From: Candidatus Methylomirabilota bacterium
Lineage (GTDB): Bacteria > Methylomirabilota > Methylomirabilia > Rokubacteriales > CSP1-6
Assembly: GCA_035764725.1 (NCBI GenBank)
Contig: DASTYT010000006.1
Span: forward strand, 4,833-68,832
Direction: 5' to 3'
DNA: 64,000 nt
The stretch's first letter is position 1. Each line of letters opens with the position of its first letter. Positions 40,101-48,400 of the stretch are shown in pieces. The position numbers and the translations under genes are program-made. The notes under the pieces were generated by a model. That model was not told where the DNA came from. It saw nothing but the letters and a program-made list of their open reading frames with translations, and made no database searches.

Positions 40101-40438
40101 GTGATGCGCTGACGCGGCTCCCCGTCCTCGACGACGATGCCGGTGCGGAGCGCCTCGTGGCGATGGACGACCACCTCGAAGCTCCGGCGCAGCGCCTCCA
40201 CGTCGAGGCGGCCGCGGAGCCGCGCCGCCAGCGGGATGTGGTACACCGCGCTGTCCGGCACGAGCTGGTGCAGGAACCACAGGCGCTGCTGGGGTGCGGA
40301 GAGCGGCACCGGCGCCGCGGGATCCCGGCGCGGCAGCGCGCTCCGCGTGCCCGGCGCGCCCGCGAGCAGCTTGGCCTCGAGACGCTGGCGCTCCTCGGGT
40401 GTCAGCGTCGACGCCCGGCGTGGCGCCCGCTCGGCCAT
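36308..40438 (-). CDS. NRPS-3: termination module C-A-T-TE
   Basis: C-domain HHxxxDG motif (LHHLISDGWSMGV). A-domain motifs (YTSGSTGAPKGV, GRLDRQVKLRGHRIE). T-domain FFDLGGHSLLA. TE domain with GPYLLGGHCNGALVALE. 1376 aa. Confidence 0.9.
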   Translation of the reverse strand: MAERAPRRASTLTPEERQRLEAKLLAGAPGTRSALPRRDPAAPVPLSAPQQRLWFLHQLVPDSAVYHIPLAARLRGRLDVEALRRSFEVVVHRHEALRTGIVVEDGEPRQRITSVGAFALPVDPWPDGDDAALERAAVREGSQVFDLARGPLIRSRLFRRSDDEHLLVVTLHHLISDGWSMGVLARELETAYAALRAGRAPTLPPLPLQYGDYAVWQRDRLGGAELQAQLAYWTERLAGAPAALTMPMDRPRPAVQSFVGGVVAITVSRDVTEGLRALARRQGATLYMTLLAAFQVLLARHAGQDEVLIGSPIAGRPRTELEGLIGFFANTVVLRGELAGDPTFCELLRRTRDTALGAFANAEVPFERLVETLRPARDASRNPVFQAILALQNAPRTPLALAGLEITPFHLDQGTAKVDYSLILVEAPEGLRGTLEYCSALFDRATAEDLVAQFGRLLQEIARDADRPLSQLPLLGEAERHRVLVEWNATRSPYPADRSLPALFAEHVARTPDAVAVTDGARTITYVELERRARRLARRLRDLGMGRGARVGVCCDRSIELAVALLGVLTAGGVYVPLDPSHPAERRTALLDDAGAVAVVTAGAGRGDARPEVRLESSDGEGLEAPTAEGLPLGGADLAYVMYTSGSTGAPKGVAVPHRAIARLVRDTDYVRLGPDDVVAHVSNPAFDAATFEIWGALLNGARLVLIPPDTALAPRALAGALAREGVTTLFLTTSLFNQVAREAPDAFRPLRQVLFGGEIAEPRWVRAVLQAAPPARLINAYGPTETTTFATWHEVREVAEGASTVPIGRPIANTELYILDDRREPVPVGVVGEIYIGGPGLADGYLGRPELTAERFVPHPFDATPGARLYRTGDRARFRADGVVEFLGRLDRQVKLRGHRIEPDEIEAALLRLPEVGDAVVVMEGEDSDAHRLVAYVAPAPGASPRPTEIRSALRLTLPAFMVPGAVVVLPALPLTPNGKLDRAALPAPDPEGAREPAHRVKPSNATERTLVDLWEELLGVTGIGVRDSFFDLGGHSLLAARMMAAVEREWGRRVPLTTLFTGPTIEHLARALDDEVATSEPPVVALNPAGAHPPLFFCHGVFNGGGFFTRALAEAAGLEQPFYAVHPHSLQGKAIPDTIEAMAATHLSDILAVRPRGPYLLGGHCNGALVALEIARLLRGRGAEVPLVVMLDAVAPTRVVRVLGALARAVDAVLRVPAANRDDRLIRWRIRAQDVAVWLRYYRGRLDTAGGRGPVGWLRGLAVIVRKKIVTRGRRSDVAASLDGAPDPPPRTPSPLAAHYKRAVLRHIPGPYRGRIVVLRSADAEDPRPDFGWSSICSRVTTYTVPGGHLSAITHHVRATAERLRACLEQASRT

Positions 40439-43400
40439 CAGCCCGAAGCCCCGGCGGAGGGCCCCAGCCGCGCTGCGATGTGGGCCGCCACCGCGGCGAC
40501 GGTAGGTGCCTCGAGGAACTGGTTCAGCGGCACGGTGACGCCCAGCGCATCGGCCATGTGCGCCGCCGCGACCGCCGCCTGCAACGAGTCGCCGCCCAGC
40601 GCCACGAAATCGTCGGCCACGCCGACCGGGCGACCGAGCACGCCGCTCCAGACCTTGGCCACCTGGGCTTCGATGGCGGTGAGCGCGGGTGCGGCGGACC
40701 CGGACCCCGTCGGCGTCTCCGGGCGGCTGAGGGCGGCGGCCAGCTCCCGGCGCTCGGGCTTGCCGGTGGCGCCGAGGGGAATCGAATCCACGAAGGCGAG
40801 CTGACGGGGCACCTTGAACGCCGCAAGGCGATCACTCACGAAGCGCCGGATGTCCGCCTCGGTCGCGCACGAGCCCGGTCGCAAGACGAGCGCAGCGGCC
40901 ACGTCCTCGCCGAGGGTCGGGTGCGGGACGGAGAAGGTGACGGCGCGCGCCACCGCGGGGTGCGCGACGAGCACGTCGTCCACCTCGCGCGGCGAGATCT
41001 TCTCGCCGCCGCGGTTGATCATCTCCTTGATGCGGCCGGTCACGTAGAGATAGCCGTCGGCATCGAAGCGGCCGAGATCGCCGGTCCGATACCAGCCGTC
41101 CCGGAAGGCGGCCGCATTGGCGGCGGAATCGTTCTCGTATCCCGTCATCACCGTCTTGCCGCGCACCTGGATCTCGCCGACCTCGCCCGTTCGCGTCGCG
41201 CCGCCGTCCTCGTCGACGATGGCGACCTCCCCGGTGACGGGGCGCCCCACCGAGCCGGCCCGCCGCTCGCCCGGCGGGAGGGGATTCGAGGTGACGAGCA
41301 TGCAGGACTCGGACTGCCCGTAGCCCTCGATCACGGGCACGCCGAGCCGACGCTCGAGCTCGGCCATGAGGGCCGGAGGGAGCGGCGCCGCCGAGGAGCG
41401 GATGAAGCGCAGCGCGTGCCCCGCCACCACGTGCGGGTGCTGCGGGGCTTCGGCCACGATGGCCTGATGAATCGTCGGCACCGCCGAGTACCAGGTGGGC
41501 CGCGTCGCCTCCATCCAGTCGAAGACGGCGGTGGGATCGAACGCGGGGGTGCAGATCACGCTCGCGCCGGCGGCCAGCGAGGTCAGCACGACCATCAGGC
41601 CCTGGACATGGAACAGTGGCATCACGCCGAGGGCGCGATCGTTCGGGCGCAGCGCATAGGTCTGCACGAAGCCCTGGATCGCGGCGGCCATGTTGGCGTG
41701 AGTGAGCGGGACCACCTTGGGCCGCGCGGTGGTGCCCGACGTGTGGATGGCGAGCGCGACGTCGTCCGGGCGCGGACTGTTGACGGGACTTGGCGTCGCG
41801 GGGAGGTGAGGTCCCAGCGCGAAGCGACCGGCCCCCCCGGGTCGCGGCTCGACCTCCAGCAGCGGCAGGCCGAGGCGCGCGGCCACGACACGGGCGGCGG
41901 GGGCGGCCCCGGCGGGCACCATGACCGCGCCCACCCGGGCCGTGGTGAGATACCGCTCGAGCTCCGGCTCGCGATACGCGGGATTCAGCGGTACCGCGGT
42001 GGCTCCGAGCGCCACCGCGACGAAGGCGACGGCCAGCTGCGGGCCCTGCGGCATGATCAGGGCGATCCGGTCGCCTCGTCCGAGCCCCCACGTCGCGAGC
42101 ACCGCGAGGACCTCGTCCACCTGGGTGAGGAGATCGCGGTAGCAGAGCGGCGCCGCGCCGGGCGCGGTGATGGCCGGCGCATCGGGCGCGCGAAGCGCCT
42201 GCGCCTCGATCAGGGTGCGCAGAGTCGGCGCGGCCACGGGCATCGCATCCGCGGTGGGTGTGCCCTCGGCGGCCGGATCGTCCTTCAGCTGTCCCTCGAG
42301 GATCGCCTCGGCCAGATTGGACAGGATCGGGGCCTCGAAGATCCGGCGCAGCGGGACGTCGACGCCGAGCCGCTCGCGCAGCCGCGAGGCGAGGCGGGCG
42401 GCGAGCAGTGAATGGCCGCCGATCGCGAAGAAGTCGTCGTGGCGTCCGATCTCGGTCACGCCCAGCAGCTCGGTCCACATCTGCGCCAGCGCCTGCTCGA
42501 GCGGCGTGGCGGGCGCCTCGCGCATCGCCGTCCGCAGGAGATCGTGCTCGCCCGGGTCGGGCAGGGCCCCGCGGTCGACCTTACCGTGAGGGGTGAGCGG
42601 CAGCGCGTCCAGCGTGACGACAGCTCGGGGAATCATCGGCACCGGCAGCTGCTCGGCGAGGAAGTGGCGCAGGGTCTCGCGATCGAGCCGGGCCTCGGGC
42701 CGGAGCACGACCCAGGCGGCGAGATAGCCGTCGCCGGCGTCCTCGCGGACGGTGACGACGGCCTCGCGCACCGCGGGATGCCCCGCGAGCACCGCCTCCA
42801 CTTCGCCGAGCTCAACCCGCATGCCACGGAGCTTGACCTGATGATCGAGACGGCCGAGGTACTCGAGGACGCCGTCGGCGCGCCACCGGGCGCGATCGCC
42901 CGTCCGGTAGAGCCGCGCCCCCGACTCGGGGCTGCGGGGGTCCGGCACGAAGCGCTCCGCCGTCAGCTCCGGGCGGTTGAGATAGCCGCGCGCGAGCCCC
43001 ACGCCGCCGAGATGAAGCTCGCCGGCCACGCCCGGAGGCACCGGCTGTCCCGACGCGTCGAGCACCCACGCGCGCATGCCCGCGATGGGCCGGCCGATGG
43101 GAACGCTGGTCTCGCCGCCCCCGCAGCGCCACCACGTTGCGTCGATCGTCGCCTCGGTCGGGCCGTAGAGATTGATCAGCTCCACCGGCAGGCGCGCGAG
43201 ACACCGCTCGGCCAGCTCGCCGGTCAGGGCCTCGCCGCCGCAGCACACCCGGCGCAGCACGCGCGCCCCATCGAGCCCGGGCTCGTCCAAGAGCGCGCGC
43301 AGCAGCGACGGTACGAGCTGCAGCACGGTGATCTCCTGCTCGGCGAGGACGCGTGCGAGCTCGCCGGGGTCGCGATGAGCTCCCGCGGGGCCGATGACCA

Positions 43401-45447
43401 GGCGCGCGCCCGCCAGCAGCGGCGCCCAGAACTCCCAGACCGATGCGTCGAAGCCGATCGGGGTGCGCTGGAGGACGGCATCGGCCTCGGTGAGGGGGAG
43501 CGTGTCTGCCATCCAGCGCATGTGGTTCACGATGGCGCGATGGGGGATCATCACGCCCTTGGGACGGCCGGTGGAGCCGGACGTATAGAGGATGTAGGCG
43601 AGCGCCTCGGGCTCGGCGTCGGGCTCGAGCGCCTCGGCCGCTGTCCGCGCAATCTCCTCGGCATCGGTGGAGGGGCAGACCACGCGGACGCCGGACTCGG
43701 CGAGCCGCGGGCCCAGCGCGGCGTCGGTGATCACCACCGGCGCGGTCGCGTCCGCGAGCATGAAGCGCAGGCGCTCCGTGGGGAGAGCCGGATCGAGGGG
43801 CAGGTATGCCCCGCCGGCCTTGAGCACGGCATAGAGCGCGACGGGGAGATCGAGCGACGGGCCCATGCAGACGCCCACGGGCACGTCGGGCCCCACGCCG
43901 AGCACGCGGAGATAGCGCCCGAGCGCGCCCGCCCGAGCCTCGAGCTGCCCGTAGGTGAGGGTGTCGCGCCCCGCGACCACCGCCACCGCGTCAGGGGAGG
44001 TCGCCGCGCGCGCTGCGACGAGGCGGTGCAAGCACGCCTTCGGGGCCTCCGCCGGCGCGGTCTCCGCGGAGGCGCCGCTCCAGGACTCGAGGCGCGCCGT
44101 CTCCTCGGCGGTCAGCAAGGGGAGCTCCGAGAGGCGCCGGTCGGGATCGGTCACCGCGCCCTCGAGGAGCCGCGTGAAGTGGGCGAGCAGCCGCTCGATG
44201 GTCGCGCCGTCGAAGAGGTCGGTGCTGTAGTCCGCAATGAGCTGGAGCCCCGTCGCGCTTTCCACCGCCGTCAGGGAGAGGTCGAACTTCGCCGTCCCGT
44301 TTCGCGCCCGCAGCGGCGTGGCGGTGAGCCCGGAGAGGCGAGGCATTCCGGAGAGTGCGGCCTCCTGCAGCACCAGCATGACCTGCACGATGGGCGAGCG
44401 GTCGCGGCGGCGCTCGGGCGCCAGCGCAGCGACCAGGCGCTCGAAGGGCAGCTCCTGATGCCCCAGGGCCTCGCGGGACACGCGCGACGCTTGACGCAAG
44501 AGCTCCCGGAATGTCGGATCGCCGTCGAGCGCCATCCGTAGGGGCAGCGTGTTGACGAAGTAGCCGATCAGCGGCTCGACTTCGCGCAGGATCCGGCAGG
44601 CGCTGGCCGTTCCCACGACGAGATCGGTCTCGCCGGTGTAGCGGTGCAGGAGCGCCTGGAAGGCGGCGAGCAGCACCGCGAAGGGGGTCACGCGCTCGGC
44701 CCGTGCGAGCGCCCTCACCACGCTCACGTGCTCGGACGGCAGGAGTCGCGTGCACTGATTTCCGCCGTCGCCCAGCTCGGCGGGGCGCGGGTGGTCGGTG
44801 GGCAGCGCGAGGGCAGGCGGCGCTCCCGCCAGCTGTTGGCGCCAGTAGCTGATCTCGTCGGCGAGCCGTTGCCCGGCCAGCCGGGCGCGCTGCCACGCGG
44901 CGTGATCCGCGTACTGCACGGGCAGCGGCGGCAGCGTGGCGATGTCGCCCGTGACCGCCGCCGAGTAGTGCGCCTCGAGCTCACGCATGAGCACGCCCAC
45001 GGACCAACCGTCAGAGGCGATGTGGTGGAGGACGAGGAGCAAGGCGTGCTCGCGTTCACCCAGCCGCGCGACGAGGGCCCGCAGCATGAGGTCGCACGTG
45101 AGGTCGAACGAACGGCGGGCCTCCGCGGTGAGCTGGGCTTCGAGAGCCGCCTCGCGGGCGTCTTCGGGCAGGCCCGTGAGATCCACGTACGTCACCTCGA
45201 CGGGTCTGGGTGGCCCGACCATCTGCACGGGCTCTCCGTCGGTCTCGTGGAAGGTCGTGCGCAGAGCCTCGTGGCGCGCCACGATCGCGGTGAGCGCGCT
45301 CTCGAGCGCGGTGAGGTCGAAGTCGCCGGCGAGGCGGAACGCCTTGCCCATGTTGTAAGCGGGCGAGCCGGGGCGCAGGCGGTCCACGAGCCAGAGCTGC
45401 TGCTGCGCGAAGGAGAGCGGGGAGGGCGGGCGACTGGCGAGACTCAT
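40438..45447 (-). CDS. NRPS-2: C-A-T followed by an in-line AMP-binding (AAE3/MatB-like acyl-CoA-ligase-type) domain and a second carrier domain (C-A-T-AL-T)
   Basis: The real start MSLASRPPSPLSFAQQQLW overlaps the NRPS-1 stop (ATGA at 45444-45447). The 432 upstream codons of the track ORF are out-of-frame readthrough of NRPS-1. Motifs: LHHIASDGWS, YTSGSTGRPKGV, FFAIGGHSLLA, then HTSGTTARPKVV...MPLFHVQGL...MINRGGEKISPREVDD, then FVALGGDSLQA. Confidence 0.85.
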   Translation of the reverse strand: MSLASRPPSPLSFAQQQLWLVDRLRPGSPAYNMGKAFRLAGDFDLTALESALTAIVARHEALRTTFHETDGEPVQMVGPPRPVEVTYVDLTGLPEDAREAALEAQLTAEARRSFDLTCDLMLRALVARLGEREHALLLVLHHIASDGWSVGVLMRELEAHYSAAVTGDIATLPPLPVQYADHAAWQRARLAGQRLADEISYWRQQLAGAPPALALPTDHPRPAELGDGGNQCTRLLPSEHVSVVRALARAERVTPFAVLLAAFQALLHRYTGETDLVVGTASACRILREVEPLIGYFVNTLPLRMALDGDPTFRELLRQASRVSREALGHQELPFERLVAALAPERRRDRSPIVQVMLVLQEAALSGMPRLSGLTATPLRARNGTAKFDLSLTAVESATGLQLIADYSTDLFDGATIERLLAHFTRLLEGAVTDPDRRLSELPLLTAEETARLESWSGASAETAPAEAPKACLHRLVAARAATSPDAVAVVAGRDTLTYGQLEARAGALGRYLRVLGVGPDVPVGVCMGPSLDLPVALYAVLKAGGAYLPLDPALPTERLRFMLADATAPVVITDAALGPRLAESGVRVVCPSTDAEEIARTAAEALEPDAEPEALAYILYTSGSTGRPKGVMIPHRAIVNHMRWMADTLPLTEADAVLQRTPIGFDASVWEFWAPLLAGARLVIGPAGAHRDPGELARVLAEQEITVLQLVPSLLRALLDEPGLDGARVLRRVCCGGEALTGELAERCLARLPVELINLYGPTEATIDATWWRCGGGETSVPIGRPIAGMRAWVLDASGQPVPPGVAGELHLGGVGLARGYLNRPELTAERFVPDPRSPESGARLYRTGDRARWRADGVLEYLGRLDHQVKLRGMRVELGEVEAVLAGHPAVREAVVTVREDAGDGYLAAWVVLRPEARLDRETLRHFLAEQLPVPMIPRAVVTLDALPLTPHGKVDRGALPDPGEHDLLRTAMREAPATPLEQALAQMWTELLGVTEIGRHDDFFAIGGHSLLAARLASRLRERLGVDVPLRRIFEAPILSNLAEAILEGQLKDDPAAEGTPTADAMPVAAPTLRTLIEAQALRAPDAPAITAPGAAPLCYRDLLTQVDEVLAVLATWGLGRGDRIALIMPQGPQLAVAFVAVALGATAVPLNPAYREPELERYLTTARVGAVMVPAGAAPAARVVAARLGLPLLEVEPRPGGAGRFALGPHLPATPSPVNSPRPDDVALAIHTSGTTARPKVVPLTHANMAAAIQGFVQTYALRPNDRALGVMPLFHVQGLMVVLTSLAAGASVICTPAFDPTAVFDWMEATRPTWYSAVPTIHQAIVAEAPQHPHVVAGHALRFIRSSAAPLPPALMAELERRLGVPVIEGYGQSESCMLVTSNPLPPGERRAGSVGRPVTGEVAIVDEDGGATRTGEVGEIQVRGKTVMTGYENDSAANAAAFRDGWYRTGDLGRFDADGYLYVTGRIKEMINRGGEKISPREVDDVLVAHPAVARAVTFSVPHPTLGEDVAAALVLRPGSCATEADIRRFVSDRLAAFKVPRQLAFVDSIPLGATGKPERRELAAALSRPETPTGSGSAAPALTAIEAQVAKVWSGVLGRPVGVADDFVALGGDSLQAAVAAAHMADALGVTVPLNQFLEAPTVAAVAAHIAARLGPSAGASG
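40680..42300 (-). other. In-line ANL-superfamily domain of NRPS-2 (oxalate/malonate-CoA-ligase-like); boundaries approximate
   Basis: TSGTTARPK, PLFHVQGL and INRGGEKISPREV motifs resemble the AAE3/MatB clade rather than NRPS A-domains (compare YTSGSTGRPKG in the same proteins). Confidence 0.55.
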
Positions 45448-48400
45448 GCCGTCACCTCCGCCGCGACGGCGTGGGCGAGCGCGGCTCGATCCGGCTTGCC
45501 GGCGGGCCCGCGGGGGATCTCGCTCACGAGCAGGATGTGCCGCGGCACCTTGAACGCCGACACGCGCTCGGCGGCGAACCGGCGCAGGTCGGTGGGCATC
45601 AGCGCGGCGCCGTCCACCAGCACCACCGCGGCCGCGACGTCCTCGCCGAGCGTGCGGTGCGGGACGCCGAAGGTCACCGCTTCGCGCACTGCCGGATGGG
45701 CAAGCAGGATCTCCTCGACCTCGCGCGGCGCGACCTTCTCGCCGCCGCGGTTGATGATCTCCTTGAGCCGGCCCGTGATGAAGAGAAAGCCGTCCGCGTC
45801 GAGGTGGCCGAGGTCGCCGGTGCGATACCAGCCGTCGTGAAAGCTCGCCGTGGTGGTCCCGGGATCGTCCTCGTAGCCAGCCATGACGTTGACCCCACGC
45901 ACGAGGATCTCGCCGCGGCTCCCCGGGGCAAGCGGGCGGCCGTCGGGATCGATGATCGCGATCTCGGGGCCCGCGCTCACCCCCGCGGATCCCGTCTTGC
46001 CGGCGCCCCGTGCCAGCGGCGTCACCGCCACGAGGGTGGCCGTCTCGGTCTGGCCGTAGCTCTCGATGACGGGCGCGGCGAAGAGCCGCTCCATCTCCTC
46101 GCGCAGCCGCGGAGGCAGCGCGGACGAGGCGGAGCGGACGAAGCGGAGGCCGACGCGCGCGGCAATCGGGGCGGCGCTCCCCCGCTCCAGGGCGGCCTGG
46201 CCGAGTATGCCTTGATGGACGGTCGGCGTGCCATTCACCCAGGTCGGGCGGGTCTCGTCGAGCCATGCGAAGACGTGGGCTGCCTCGAAGCGCGGCGGGC
46301 ACACCACGGCGGATCCGGCCCCGAGTGAGGCGATGAGCATCATGAGGCCGTTGACGTGGAAGAGTGGCATGAGGTCGAGGCAGCGGTCGCCGGGCCGAAG
46401 CGCCAGCGCCTGCCGGTGCCCCCGTGCGGAGGCGAGGATCTGGCGGTGGCTCAAGGGCACCCGCTTCGGCCGCGCGGTGGTGCCGGACGTCAGGAGCACC
46501 AGGGCGATGTCGTCGTGGCCCCGTGCGGCCGGAGCGGCCCCCGTGGCGGGCAGGGGCAGGTCCAGCGCGATGGCGCCCGCAGGCCCCGCCGACGCGCTCT
46601 GGATCGCGATCGCGGGCAGCCCTCGCCGGCGCGCCACCCCGAGGGCGGGAGCACCGGCGGGGGCGAGGAGGGCGTCGAGCGGCGTGGTCGCGAGGATCGC
46701 CTCGATTTCGGGCGGGGGCGCCGCGGGATTCAACGGCACGCACACCGCCGCCGCTGCCACCGCGAGGATCGCGACCGCCGCCTCCGGTCCCTGCGGCGCC
46801 ACGATCGCGATGCGCGCGCGGCCACCCAGCCCCGCTCCAGCGAGTCGCTGCGCCGTATCGTCGACGTGGGCCAGCAGGTCCCGATACGAGAGAGGCGTCC
46901 GCCCCGGCGCGACGATCGCCGCCGCGGTCGGCGCGTGGCGCGCGTGTGCCTCGAGGAGGTCGCGGAGCGTCGAGGCCTCGTCCGCGGATGGTGCGTCCGC
47001 CTCGTCGTCGCGGTCCCCGCGCTCGCCTGCCCCGCCGAGCCCCTCGGGGCTGGCCTCGATCTCGAGCAGGGCGAGGGCCAGGTCGGCGATGGTCGAGTTG
47101 TCGAAGATCTGGCGGAGCGGGATCTCGACACCGAGACGGTCGCGCAGGCGCGCCACCAGCCGGGCGGCGAGGAGCGAATGGCCGCCGAGATCGAAGAAGT
47201 CGTCGAGGATGCCGATCCGGGCGGCTCCCAGCACGTCCGACCAGATCTCGACCAGCATGGCCTCGAGGGGCGTGCGGGCCGCCACATGGGCGGGTGCGCC
47301 GACGGCATCATCGGGCCCCGGCGCGGGAAGCGCGTCGCGGTCCAGCTTGCGATTGGCGGTGAGGGGCAGCGCGGACATGGGCACGAACGCCGCGGGCACC
47401 AGATGAGCGGGGAGGAGCTGACGCGCGAATTGCCGGAGGGCCGCGCGGTCGACCGCCGCGGCGCCGTGCGCCACCACGTAGGCGGCGAGGCGCTGATCGC
47501 CGGGGTGGGGCTCCCACGGCAACACCGCGACCTCGCGGACGGCGGGGTGCTGACGCAGCACGCTTTCCGCCTCGCCGGGCTCGGTGCGGATGCCGCGGAT
47601 CTTGATCTGTCGATCGATGCGCCCCAGGAAGTCGAGCGTGCCGTCGGCACGGGCCCGCGCGAGGTCGCCGGTCTTGTAGAGCCGGCCGCCGGCCGCGTGA
47701 GGATCGGCCACGAAGCGCGCCGCGCTGAGGGCGGGATCGCCCATGTAGCCCGATGCCACGCCGACGCCGCCGATGTAGAGCTCGCCGGGCACGCCGGCCG
47801 GCACGGGGCCGAGCGCCGCATCGAGGATGAGCGCCGACACGCCGGCGATGGGCCGTCCGATCGGCACCGCGCCCTCGGCCTCGGGGGCCGTGTCGACACG
47901 ATGGAACGTGCAGGTCATCGTACACTCGGTAGGCCCGTACTGGTTGACGAAGGCCGCATGCGGGCAGAGATGCCGTATCGCGCGGCGCACGTCGTCGTAC
48001 AGGAGCGGCTCGCCCGTGGTCAGCACGAGCCGCAAGGTGGACGCGGCGAGCCCGCGATCCTCGGCGGCGCCGGTGAGGGGCCGCAGCACCGACGGGACAA
48101 GCGCGAGCAGCGCGGTCGCCTCGTGGGCTCGCAGCCGCTCGAGGATGGCCTCCGGGTCCGCGGCCTCGCCGTCCCGCAATAGCACGACGCGCGCGCCCAC
48201 GGCGAGGGGGGCGAAGAACTCGCGCACCGAGGCGTCGAAGGACGCGCGCGCGAGCTGGAGGACCACGTCGGTGGATCGCAGCCCGAACGTCTCCGTGAGG
48301 AACTCGAGATAGCTCAGCACGGCCCGGTGGACGATCGGTACGCCCTTCGGGACGCCGCTCGAGCCCGACGTGAACGCGACATAGGCCAGGTCATCGAGCC

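Noticed and set aside
45448-46743. The N-terminal 432 residues of track ORF 40438..46743
   Set aside because: This stretch is an out-of-frame readthrough of the NRPS-1 C-terminal domain (R/P-rich nonsense). The genuine NRPS-2 start is the ATG at 45447, overlapping the NRPS-1 stop.
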